Source of the DNA: Octopus sinensis
Taxonomy: Eukaryota
Reading direction: 5' to 3'
Assembly (NCBI RefSeq): GCF_006345805.1
Contig: NC_042997.1
Span: forward strand, 133,796,001-133,860,000
Length of the DNA stretch: 64,000 bases
The notes under the pieces are model-generated. The model did no database searches. It was not told the origin of the DNA and was given only the letters and a program-made list of their open reading frames with translations. Within the stretch, counting starts at the first letter, position 1. The number at the start of each line of letters is the position of its first letter. The position numbers and the translations under genes were made by a program. Of the stretch, positions 12,695-25,172 are shown one piece after another.

Positions 12695-13119
12695 TACTAT
12701 GTGAAAATGCTTGGCCTAATGGATAGGATCTTGAGCTTACAACCATAAAGTCATGAGTTCAATTCCAGTACAAGGCAGCACATTATGATTGCGAGTAAAG
12801 CTTGTCATTTCATGCAGCTCCATTCTACTCAGCCGAGAAATGATTACCTCTCTGGTGCTAGTGCAGTTCTTTCTCTCCCTCCAGCTACCATATGCTTGAT
12901 GGTGTTCTACTAGGTTCAAAGGTAGGATGTCTGAGAGGGTGTCTAAATTTGCTGATGACTATGCAGGCACCTAAAGCACTTTTTGAAAACATGGTACAAG
13001 CTACCAGATCACACATGCAAGTGATGGCTTAGCCTATTCAACTACTACTGCTACTACTTAGATTCCTGATGGCCTTTCTTGGTACCATACAGAGGTGATT
13101 TGCTCTTGCCCTCTATCTA

Positions 13120-13540
13120 TACTACTCGTTTTACTCTTTTACTTGTTTCAGTCATTTGACTGTGGCCATGCTGGAGCACTGCCTTTAGTCGAGCAAATCA
13201 ACCCCAGGACTTATTCTTTGTAAGCCTAGTACTTATTCTATCGGTCTCTTTTGCCGAACCACTAAGTTACGGGGACGTAAACACACCAGCATCGGTTGTC
13301 AAGCGATGTTGGGGGGGGACAAATATAGACACACAAACATGCACACACACACACATATATATATATATATACACACATATATATGATGGGCTTCTTTGAT
13401 TTTCCGTCTACCAAATCCATTCATAAGGCTTTGGTCGGCCAGAGGCTATAGTAGAAGACACAAGATGCCACACAGTGGGACTGAGCCCAGAGCTATGTGG
13501 TTGGTAAGCAAACTACTTACCACACAGCCACTCCTGTGCC
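13120..13540 (-). mobile_element. SINE family A, near full length
   Basis: Matches the other copies over head, body and tail. Confidence 0.9.
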
Positions 13541-13821
13541 TGGGAGAAATTGAACATGGGTTGGTTGAGGTTTTGGCATTGTTCTTTCTGTCTGTCAAAT
13601 CCCACTTATAAAGGCATTGTTTTAACTCAAAGCCTTTGAACGGACATTAGCGAAAACTGAACCCGGAACCAAATAATTGCAAAGCAAATTTCAGAACCCA
13701 TGGGTTTTTTTTTTTTATCCATCTTTTTACATGTCCAATTTTCAATACTTGCATAGGTCAGGCAGAATTCATTCAGGTGGATTTTCTATAGCTGGATGCC
13801 TTTGCTGTCACCAACCCTTTC

Positions 13822-14460
13822 CAAGAAAGGTAATATTTCCCCATAGCTGGGCAGAGGGACACAAGAAAGGTAATATTTCCCCATAGCTGAGCAAAGGGAC
13901 ACAAGAAAGGTAATATTTCCCCATAGCTGGGCAAAGGGACACAAGAAAGGTAATATTTCCCCATAGCTGAGCAAAGGGACACAAGAAAGGTAATATTTCC
14001 CCATAGCTGGGCAAAGGGACACAAGAAAGGTAATATTTCCCCATAGCTGGGCAAAGAGACACAAGAAAGGTAATATTTCCCCATAACTGAGCAAAGGGAC
14101 ACAAGAAAGGTAATATTTCCCCATAGCTGGGCAAAGGGACACAAGAAAGGTAATATTTCCCCATAGCTGGGCAAAGGGACACAAGAAAGGTAATATTTCC
14201 CCATAGCTGGGCAAAGGGACACAAGAAAGGTAATATTTCCCCATAGCAGGGCAAAGGGACACAAGAAAGGTAATATTTCCTACATAGCTGAGCAAAGGGA
14301 CACAAGAAAGGTAATATTTCCCCATAGCAGGGCAAAGGGACACAAGAAAGGTAATATTTCCCCATAGCTGGGCAAAGGGACACAAGAAAGGTAATATTCC
14401 TACATAGCTGGGCAAAGGGACACAAGAAAGGTAATATTTCCTACATAGCTGGGCAAAGGG
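13822..14460. repeat. 40-bp minisatellite, about 16 copies
   Basis: Unit acaagaaaggtaatatttccccatagctg(g/a)gcaaagggac, head-to-tail, with no unique spacers. Confidence 0.97.
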
Positions 14461-14569
14461 AAACGCACAACAGTACAAACACATATAGCAAACACTAGTG
14501 TGTGTGTGTGTGTCTAACCATCAGATTATAACTCAGCACTGTAAGTGATGCAAGGGAAATAAAAACAGA

Positions 14570-14614
<45 letters not shown>

Positions 14615-15184
14615 TTTACATAACAGTTGATTTATGTGTTGTTGAAATTCTCACTACGTCTGTGTTTATGGTGAGTTCACTGCACACTTGTCGATGTTAT
14701 TAACACAATGCACAACAGGAGAAAGCCTAACGACTAGTTGCAAAGCAGCTTCTCGTTCACGTGTAAATGGATGTGTGCAGGTATGTATGTACGTGCGTGT
14801 GATGGCATGCACGTGTGTGTGTGTGTGTGTGTGTGTGCGCGTGTGTATGAGAGAGAGAGAGAGAGAGAGTGTTTGTGTGTATGTAGGCATATGCATGCAT
14901 TTCATACTCCTCTCTATTTATATATGATATTGGGTATGTGGAGGTGGTGGGGTGGTGGTGGTGGTGGCAGTGGTGGTGGTGGTGGTGGTAGTGGCTGTAG
15001 GAGAGGCAAGAAGTTTGACTTTGTAATTTATACTTCCGACACTGTTAATGAAACGTGTCCACATATGTATCATCATCACCATCATCACCATCATCATCAC
15101 CATCATCATCATCACCATCATCATCACCTTCACTATCATCTTTATCATCATTATCATTACCATCACTACCACCATCTTTTACTG

Positions 15185-15218
<34 letters not shown>

Positions 15219-15868
15219 CTCCATTGCTTCTGTTGCTCATGCAATGTTAGCAGCCTGCTGTTGGAGATCCTATCTACAGTTTTTTTTCTTCTCTCTCTCT
15301 CTCTCTTTCTCGCTTCCCCTTCTCTGCCAGCCCCTCTCTTTAACCCTCATCTTTTTGTCCCACCCCTCTTCTTATCTTACAATAAAAGTGTGTTTTTTAC
15401 CTTTGTCTTCAGATATCTTTGTTGCTTTTTTTTTTATTCGTTGTTTGTATTTGTATTTTTTTTTCTCCTTATTTGTTTGCTATTTATTCCTCATAGCTTA
15501 TTTTGTTGAGTGAGTGCCATGTACCTTAATTATGGGAGGTACCTCTGGCATGGTAAAACAAAAGTAGATGTGAGAAAGAGAGGAAACAGTGAGGTCAGAT
15601 CTCACCATGTGGGCCTTGGAATGGCCATGTGGTTAAGACTTCAAACTTTGAAATCAAGTACTTCCAGCTTTGCTCCCTCTGTGGAACCATGGGTTCTTCA
15701 CAGAGCATAATCTAGCATAATCTACGGTTGGCTTCCTCCAAGTTGTGTGTGTGAAATTGGAAGAGATGTTAATTATGTAAAAACCCTTTGTGATGAGCTA
15801 TGCCCAATGTATCATGATGATCCTTTTTTCTCTTTTCCTTTTACAAATCTTCAAAGCCCTTGCAAATG

Positions 15869-16170
15869 TGGAGGCACATGGCCAAGTGGTTAGAGCAGTG
15901 GACTCGTGTTGGAGGGATCGTGGGTTCGAATCTCAGACCGGGCGATGTGTGTGTTTATGAGCGAAACACCTAAGCCCCACGCGGCTCCGGCAGAAGGTAA
16001 TGGCGAACTTCTGCTGACTCTTTCGCCACAACTTTCTCTCACTCTTTCCTCTGCATCTTGCAGCTCACCTGCAAAGGACTAGCATCCTGTCCAGGTGGGG
16101 AACCTATACGCCAAGGAAACCGGGAAATTGGCCCTTATGAGCCAGGCATGGCTCGTGAAGGAACACACAA
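15869..16170 (+). mobile_element. tRNA-derived SINE (family C) with 17-bp TSD
   Basis: A-box-like tggccaagtgg and B-box ggttcgaatc. TSD caaagcccttgcaaatg at 15852-15868 and 16171-16187. Confidence 0.92.
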
Positions 16171-17288
16171 CAAAGCCCTTGCAAATGCCATAGTCTAATG
16201 ATTCTCAACCAGCGCCCTTATAATCTTTAGGGGTCCATGTAAGATTTTGTTAAAAAATTTATTTGCTATAAATTGGTTACACTTTTACAATACACAAAAT
16301 ATTTTAACAATGTGGTAAGAATGTGTATGTCTGTGTTTGTCCCCTCACCATCACTTGAAAAGCAATGTTGGCGTCTTTCTGAAATAGTTTTCTAGTAATG
16401 TATCATGATATAAAGTATCTTTTTTTCTTTTTTTTCTTTTTGAAAGATAATAGAATGTGATCTGAGAGAGATATTTGATTGCTATTTTTAACAGATTAAG
16501 CAACTTATTAGAGATGAATCAACAAAGGACTCTTTATGTAGTTGCTTTTCCTGCTAGAAATGGCAACCAAATCCCCCTTTTAACTCCTTGCAGATAGATT
16601 TAGTAGTGACAGTTTGTGCTGTGTACTGGTATTTGGCTATTCAGTGACTACATAATTTTTCATACAAGGAATTTTACAGCATATTTACAAATTCTCCTTA
16701 GTGTGGTATATTTGAAATCATGGTGCTGCACAGAGTGAGACAATGCACTGCTCACACAGTGTTTCGATGGGGTCAGTACTGCTTCCTGTCTGCAAGGGGT
16801 TAAAGACGAACTAAATGTAATTTTGGATTCACTGCTTATTAAAACAAAAAACAGTTGTGAATGTCAAAGTAGAAATACCTCTTTGATCATATGTCAGACC
16901 AAGGGTTAAACAACAAGGGACTAGAGAAACATACTCATCCTCATGGGCTCATATTTTGTTTTTGATGTGGGTGACATTTGGTTTAAGCATCATTAAGTCT
17001 GAACTAGAAGGGAAACTGGGAGCAGGGAGATGCTCTTTGTTGTTGCTTATTTAGAGAAGAAAGGACTTCTCTCATGACTCTTTCCATGCCTGATGGGAGG
17101 GAAGAAAGGAGGAAATTATCCTCAGCCTGGAGGGTTGAACTGAATTCTTCCATCTGTGTGTATGTAATCTGCTGAAAGCACTCTAGGGTCATATGACAGC
17201 TTTTATCCATTTATTACCATATTTCTGTTGAAATACACTGTCTATGTTTCAGTTTATTTAAAAAATAAAGAAAAATTTAGTAAAGTAA

Positions 17289-17459
17289 CCCCTATTTTTT
17301 CTGCAAAAAATAGGGGTAGCTTATCCTGTTGAGGCTATATTATTAGCATTATCCTGCGTTTGAGAATTTAAAATCACTTCTTTAACTTTCTAAGACATCT
17401 CAACGCTTCTAAAGCAAACTTCGTTTGTTTGTTTACGTTCATCATAATTTGGATTTTAA
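17289..17459 (+). mobile_element. Short retroposed insert with a 5' inversion inside a decayed piggyBac-type MITE
   Basis: Flanked by the TAAAGTAA direct repeat (17281-17288 and 17460-17467). About 95 bp are near-identical to 17731-17825. Confidence 0.65.
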
Positions 17460-17662
17460 TAAAGTAAATTTACCATTATTGAAAAAAGAGTTTGGACCAT
17501 AAATTAAAATGAAATTTTCATGGGAGATTATTTTAAAGTGGAGGAATTTGCACCAGAAGACTAGGGGCATTTTTAAGTGAATTGATATCAAAAGGGTTTA
17601 AAAGGTCAGTGAATTAAGTCTTCCACTCACGAACATCTTATTATATATCATTGTCATTGTTT

Positions 17663-17726
17663 TAGTTTAGAGCACCGTGGCGCATAATCACGGAGGTGTG
17701 AGTTCGAGTCTCATAGCCGGCCGCCA
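17663..17726 (+). pseudogene. tRNA-like sequence (CAT in the anticodon-like loop), 5'-truncated; probably a SINE head
   Basis: ttagagca-ccgtgg-cgCATaa-tcacgg-aggt-gtgag-TTCGAGT-ctcat-agccggcc-gcca followed by TTTTTT. The 5' acceptor strand is missing. Confidence 0.55.
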
Positions 17727-18814
17727 ACACTTTTTTCTGCAAAATAGGGGTAGCTTATCCTGTTCAGGCTATATTATTAGCATTATCCTGCGTTTGAGAA
17801 TTTAAAATCACTTCTTTAACTTTATAAGCATATATATATATATATATATGTATATGTATATGTATACATCATCATCATCATTTAATGTCCACCTGTCATG
17901 TTGGCATGGGTGGGACGGTTTGATAGGAGCCAGCCAAGCAGAAGCCTGCACCAGACTTCTGTGACGGTCTTGGCAGGATTTTTACAGCTGGATGCCCTTC
18001 CTAACACCAACGACCCACCAGATATATGTGTGTTGTGTGTGTGTGTGTGTGATGATGATTCACCAGAAGCGACAGCTTAAAGGATTCAATACAACTAGAG
18101 TATTCTTTAATAAAGGTTCCAGGATCCATTACTTAGAATTACTTGTTTCTGATCATCAGATAGGTAAATCTTGTGTGGTTTTCTTTTGAATATACACTAT
18201 CTGAATAGTTTTTGAAATCTGAAAATGAAAGTATGAAAGGAATGCTTGTCCCTTTGTTCTTTCATTTAAGAACCTTTGTGAACAACACTGAAAACTGCTG
18301 CTCCAAGCTTATGTTTTTGATTTCATGTCTGAGTACTCTTCCTGTCTCCAACCCTCACCTGTATCCATGTAAGGCAAGGTTTCTTTCAGCTTCAGTCTAC
18401 CAAATTCATTCACAAAACTTTGGTCAGCCTGTAGTCAAAGACACTTATCAAGGGTGCCATGCAATGGCATTGAACCTATAACCATGTGGTTAGGAAGCAA
18501 ACCTCTTTCTTTTTTCTCCTTCTCAGGTCATACTGACTCATAAGGACTGGTTTCCCGCTGGAGCAATGTGAAATTAAGCATTTTGCTCAAGAACACAATT
18601 CGTCACCTGGTCCAGAAATTGAAACCACAATCTTACAGTCATGATCCCAACACCCTGATCACTAAGCCATGCACCTCCACAAAGTTACCTTCTCGAGTCA
18701 TAAGGGTCAGTTTACTGGTTTCATGTCATGTACATTCCCCACCTGGACGGGATGCCGGTCTGTTGCAGGATTATCCATTTTCTCCAGCTGAGTGGACTGG
18801 AGCAACGTAAAATA

Positions 18815-19205
18815 AAGTGTTTTGCTCAAGAACACATGTCGCCCATTCCAGGAACTGAAACCACAATCTTACAATCATGAGTCCAACACCCTAACCATTA
18901 AGCCATGGAAGGGTTTTGCTCAAGAACACAACACATTGCCCGGTCCAGGAACATAAACCACAATCTTACGATCATGAGCCCAACACCCTAACCATCAAGC
19001 CATGGAAGTGTTTTGTTCAAGAATACAACACATTGCCTGGTCCAGGAATTGAAACCACAATCTTATGATCATGAGTCCAACACCCTAACCATTAAGCCAT
19101 GGAAGTGTTTTGCTCAAGAACACAACACATTGCCCAGTCCAGGTATTGAAACCACAATCTTAGGATCATGAGTCCAACACCTTAATCATTAAGCCATGTG
19201 CTTCC
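18815..19205 (-). repeat. Tandem array of four ~96-bp tRNA-like SINE heads
   Basis: Unit gtgttttgctcaagaacacaacacattgcccggtccaggaattgaaaccacaatcttacgatcatgagtccaacaccctaaccattaagccatggaa. It matches the head of the SINE at 33720-33912. Another copy lies at 18570-18680. Confidence 0.9.
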
Positions 19206-19941
19206 ACTTTTGCATACTACCTCATGGTACCTATTTTAGAAATTTTGTTATTGTTAGAGCAACGTAGACATCTATCTAGTAATTAATGTATATTATTAAA
19301 AGATACAATCGAAAAATGTCTGAGATAATATAGCATATCAAAAGCCATTGCCAGTGGGTTAATAGTCCACTGTTTTTTCCTGATTGGTTGGCATCTTTAA
19401 CCATTGTAGTGGTTTTGTAACTTATATTTTCTCTTCTCGGTTTTTGAAACTAAAGAAATCCTATTATAACATCAAAGCCGTGTTTACTGTTTATGTTTGC
19501 AGGAAAGCAGAAAACTAGAAAACAGTTTGGTGTGATCTTGGGTAACTACTTCTTAATTTAGGCATTTTGCCATTGGAACTCTCATTGGTTGGCGAAGAGG
19601 AAGCTTAAAAGAACAATTGCATATTTATAAAGACACCACAAACACATGTACACAGGCAATAACATGAACATGTGTATGTGTGCGTATGTGTGTATATATA
19701 TATATATATATGTATTATATGGTTTCAAATTCTGGCACAAAGCCAGCAACTTTAAGGGAAGTAGGTAGTCAATTACATCGACCCCAATTTTTCACTGGTA
19801 CTTTATTTTGCTGACCCCACAAAAGATGAAAGGCAACATTGACCTTAACAGGACTTGGACTCAGAACCTAAAGAACCAGAAGAACTGCTGCTAGGCATTT
19901 TGTCCAACATGTTAACAACTGCCCTCTTGCTGCCTAACTAA

Positions 19942-20157
19942 CCCTTTCGTTACCAACCCGGCTGAAATTGGCTGTGGCTCTAAGTACAAATGTCTTGTTT
20001 TCATAACTTTTGAATTAAAATCTTCCACCAAACCTTAGTCACAATTTATGTTCCTAACACTAGCTTAGCAACAATTAAGTTATTTTACTAAATTCTTTGT
20101 TATATTTAAAGTAATTGAAAGAAACACAGAGCATCTCAAAATACAGTAACAAATGGG
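19942..20157. mobile_element. piggyBac-type MITE (degenerate ends)
   Basis: Starts CCCTTTCGTTACC; body near-identical to 41052-41259. Confidence 0.85.
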
Positions 20158-20465
20158 ATAATTGTATGTATGTATATATATATATTATATATATATATAT
20201 GTATGTATATCTATCTATCTATCTTAATTGTATATGTGTATATATATTATATAGATATATATATATATATAGTACAAAGTAAGATTGGGGTTATGAGGGT
20301 AACCCACTATGGGATATCAGTTATCCAATATTTTGTTCGATTTTCATGTTCCTATTTTTATAATCAATAAATAATATGAAATTGTAATATCTGTAAGTTG
20401 ATGATTTTCTTATTTGTATTATGAATATATATATATATATATATACACATATCTATCTATCTATC

Positions 20466-20504
<39 letters not shown>

Positions 20505-20519
20505 GTGTATATATATATA

Positions 20520-20592
<73 letters not shown>

Positions 20593-23500
20593 CACACACG
20601 TGCATACATACACACACATACAATTATAAACAAGAAAAATGGGGTGAGCAGGTTGCTTTATTGCATCAATTTACAATTGTTTCATCTGATATCAATTTCA
20701 TGAATATCGCTATATTTATACAATAATATACGCAGGCACGCACTGAGTTTCAGCTCTTGAGAAATTACACATAAAAATCATTTGCTGTTTGATAAATCTC
20801 CGAATTACTGTCAGTCTGATAAGCTGTACCCGTGGACGAGAACAAAGGGGTAAACTCCTGGGTTAAAACCCAAATGAAATTCTTACATACAAACACATAC
20901 TAACAAACATATACATAATTAGGATTTCATTAAGCTCTGATTTTGTGGGACTTTTGGCTGCTATTTCTAGCAAGTTGCTTGCCCATGTAGAGGGTTCCTA
21001 TTTTGCTTTTGCGAGGTAATACATTATTGACATATTAGAATGCACACCCTGCTGTGGAACTGCTCACTTCGTAATTCTTATGTAATGTATCTGAATGCAT
21101 AAGACTATCAACCTCTTCTTTAGCTACATGACTGTCTTTTCATGTTGGAATGAGTCGGGTACATTTGTCTTATCAGTTTTCTTTTCCTTTTTTTTTTGTT
21201 AGTTTTTACTTATTTCGGTCATTGGGCTGTAAGCTTATGTTTTTTTCTTTCTTTTTAAGTTGGGCACTTACTTTGTTGGTCTCTTTTTGCTAAACTGCTC
21301 AGTCTTGGGGGATCTAAACAAACCAACACCGATTGCCAAGTAGTGGTGACTGTGTCTGACAAATGTGGAACATAGACACACACAAACACATCTCTCTCTC
21401 TCCCCCTCCCTCTGCCCGTCTCTATCCCTCTCTAAATATATATTACACACATACAGGATGCACTAAAGCATTCGACAATTTATTTATAATATGTTACAAA
21501 TAAATATCAAATGGAAATTGTAGTTGTGGTACCTGTGCCGGTGGCACATGAAAAGCACCATCCGAATGTGGCCGATGCCAGCGCCGCCTAGACTGGCTTC
21601 TGTGCTTGTGGCACATAAAAAGCACCAACCGATTGTGGCCGCTGCCAGCCTCCCCTGGCACCTGTGCCGGTGGCACGTAAACAGCACCCACTACACTCAT
21701 GAAGTGGTTGGCGTTAGGAAGGGCATCCAGCTGTAGAAACACTACCAGAGCAAGATTGGAGCCTGGTGTAACCATCTGGTTCGCCAGCCCTCAGTCAAAT
21801 CATCCAACCTCAGTCAAATCATCCAACCATGCTAGCATAGAAAGCGGATGTTAAATGATGATGATGTTATTATCATCATTATTATTATTGAAATTTGCAA
21901 TACATGTTAAATGAGTTTTAATGTTGGTGCCTTAATTTTGACTCACCCAGTATATATGCATTAGGCTTCCACATAGTTCCCATTCACTCCCAAAGCATTG
22001 GTCTTTAATTCAGGAGAGGTAGATTAGAGCCTATGACCTACCTAGTGCTGGGTACCATGATAAAAGTACAGCCAGTACTTTCTGTTACGTTGGTGTCAGG
22101 AAGGTTATCAGCTGTAGGTACCGTACCAAAAAAGAAAAAGTGGGGTAGGGGTATGAGCAAAATGTTATGTGACTCATCTAGGTGGAGGTAGTAATTCTCA
22201 AAAGATTCGACCAGAATATTATGACTCTAACAATCCATAGCAGCATGGAAAGTTGATGTAAGATAGTAGTAGTGGTGGTAGTACAGTGGCAAGGAGGAGA
22301 AAGGGCTGGGTTCATTGACCTTTTTTTTTTCTTTTCAGTGCTCTTAAGACAAATAGGAGGAAGGGAGAAGGTTGTTCTCAGATTGAGGACATGGTCCTCA
22401 AAACTGAGTGTACTCCATTAAAAGCACCGAAGAGCCAGGTGGTGGCGTTTAAGCGAGTGATGTATAAAGTCACCCCTAATTACTGCATTGTTGGTACCTA
22501 TTAATCTGGCAATATTAATTGCAATAGACTAACTGCTTTATCCAAGTACCTATTTCTCTCTCATCCTTTCAACACTATTAATTTGGAACTAAGCATCCAC
22601 ATATAAAAACCCCAAGGGGCGTATGAGACATTTGCATTGTATTACATCATGAATATAGCTTAGAGAGGAAACGGAGACTGGCGTAAAGTACTTGAGATGA
22701 GGATCAAAGTCTTCTAAATTATATTCACATGTCCTGAGTGTGTTCAGAAGTCATTTCCTTTGTTTAAACCAGATTCTTCAATTGTATCCTTCAGCCAGGT
22801 ACATTACTAGCTGTTGGCACCTTGCTGCGGCTTTGTGGCGGCACATCTCTGTTGAGTAATGTATATTAAATTTCCAAGCATCAGAACCACTTCTGCTTCA
22901 GTCCTGGCATTACCCCACCCCGCTTCACCACCTATTTGACTATAGTCTAGAAAATTCCTCTCTTGTTATCAACTGCCACATTCGTAAGCTCTTCTCTTCT
23001 ATACACACTCCTGTTCTCTCTAACTTCAGAGTTAATTAAGCCTAGAAGTTATTAAACTGTTGTTGGTGTTGTTGTTGTTGTTGCTGCTGCTACTATTGTT
23101 GTCGTTGTTGTTTTCTTATGCCTGTCTTAAGTTCATACTATTTCTGACTGAAGCAGAACATAATAGTAATTATAAATATTTCAAAATGTTATTACTTTGA
23201 GGAATTATATGTTATTGTTGGTGGTGGCGGTAGTGGTGGGAAGTGGTGGTTGGAAGAAGGAAGTATGTAATGTATTTGCTTTAGATTTAGCTTGATGATG
23301 ATGGTGGCGGTGGTGGTGGCGGCAACGGCAGTAATGATGTTGATGGTGGGGGTAGTGTAGTGGTGGAGGTAGTGACGATTACAGTTATGATGTTGGTGAT
23401 GATCAAAATGATGTTGAAAAGAACAGCTATAAAGTTATGATGTCGATGGTGATAATGATGATGATGATGGTGGTGGTGGTGGTGACGTAACAGTGATGAT

Positions 23501-23899
23501 GATAATAATTAGTTAGGGTATTGGGATGATTGCGGTGGTGATGTTAAAAATGACAGTTATAATGTTACGATGCTGATGACAGAACTATAATAATAATGGT
23601 TTGTCAAAAATCTTTCCAGACTTCTCTTTATTGTAAGCAATTAGATATTAATTAACCAATTTCACTATGACTTTGTGTACATTGTACAATATCTATAATT
23701 TCATCTGATCTTATTCCTTGATTATCTCACGAGTTGTATTGCATTTTCTTCATCTCTGGTTGGGCCCAACTCATGCTAATCCTAATTCAGCAGGGGGGTA
23801 ACTGTGAATGAAGGGCACGTTTGATTTGTCTGTTATGTTGAGCAGATTGTGCAACTGTGTTGAAGGCCCCCACATCTTCAACTTGCAGCTCTCTCTTTT

Positions 23900-24280
23900 T
23901 TTTACTCTTTTACTTGTTTCAGTCATTTGACTGTGGCCATGCTGGAGCACCGCCTTTAGTCGAGCAAGTCGACCCCAGGACTTATTCTTTGTAAGCCTAG
24001 TACTTATTCTATTGGTCTCTTTTGCCGAACCACTAAGTTACGGGGACATAAACGCACCAGTATCGGTTGTCAAGCGTTGTTGGGGGGACAAACATAGACA
24101 CACAAACGTATACACATATATATACGATGGGCTTCTTTCAGTTTCCACCTACCAAATCCACTCGCAAGGCTTTGGTCTGCCCAAGGCTATAGTAGAAGAC
24201 ACTTGCCCAAGGTGCCACGCAGTGGGACTGAACCCGGAACCATGTGGTTCGTAAGCAAACTACTTACCACACAGACAGTC
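23900..24280 (-). mobile_element. SINE family A
   Basis: Near full-length match. A second rearranged partial copy follows at 24290-24490. Confidence 0.9.
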
Positions 24281-25129
24281 CTACGCTGTTGACAGAAACT
24301 GAAAAAAGCCTCTCTCATATAAGTGTGTGTGTGTGTGTGTACCCCACAATGGCTTGACAGCTGTTGTTGGTTTGTTTACATCTCTGTTTGGTTGGCCTGG
24401 GGCTATAGTAGAAGATACTCGCCCAAGGTGCCATGCAGTGGGACTGAACCCAGAACCATGTGGTTGGGAAACAAGCTTCTTACCACACAATTACGCCTTT
24501 TCATGTTCTGTGCTCAAATTCTGCTGAAATCAACTTTGCCTTTCATCCTTTTAAGGTTCCACTTGAATACTGGGGGTTAGTGTAATCAAATTACCCTGCT
24601 CCCATAAATTGCTGGCATTGTGCCAAAATTTAAAACCAATGTTGATACTGATGAGTACAGCAAACCCCCTGTGTCTCTTTAATTAGCATCTTACGTAATC
24701 TCTTGGAATTTGTTGGTTCTTTCACCCATCACTTGCAGTTGATTTGGATCAATAATAAATTGGCTTTTTTGGAAAGGCCCCCAAATCAATAAAAGTAGCA
24801 AAGCTAGCAAGTGTACATTTATTTGAACTCTGTATGGCACCACTCAAGGTGTTGGACACAAAATATTGGGTTGGCAACTAAGTTCCCACCGTTCTTTTAA
24901 ATTTTGGAATTCATTACATTTTAAAATTTTGGAATCTTTTTTTTTTTTTTTTCGAGAATTCTATTTTTGAATCATTTTGGAATCTATTTTGCCTTTTTTC
25001 TAGTTAATTTTAGCTAATTTTTGTACTTGGTGTACCCTTATCAGATGGGTAGTCATGATGGGTATACTGGGCTTCCTATATTTTACCCCAGTGTCACTTT
25101 GATGACATACACTACTCTCTCACTCAATA

Positions 25130-25170
<41 letters not shown>

Positions 25171-25172
<2 letters not shown>

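Noticed and set aside
12308-12748. Functional transposase or SETMAR-like gene
   Set aside because: Part of a deleted mariner with upstream stops, missing the first catalytic Asp region. No SET domain.
13822-14460. CRISPR-like array or repetitive protein ORFs (163-232 aa)
   Set aside because: Units are contiguous with no unique spacers, there are no cas genes and the context is eukaryotic. The ORFs are a by-product of a stop-free 40-bp unit.
14738-15513. Poly-Gly/His/Pro/Ser ORFs resembling transcription-factor low-complexity regions
   Set aside because: Adjacent (GGT)n, (CAT)n and (CCT)n microsatellites open in several frames, with no domain or exon structure.
15869-15945. Functional tRNA genes at SINE heads (also 30331, 33840, 58790)
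   Set aside because: No complete cloverleaf, and each continues into a SINE body, several with TSDs.
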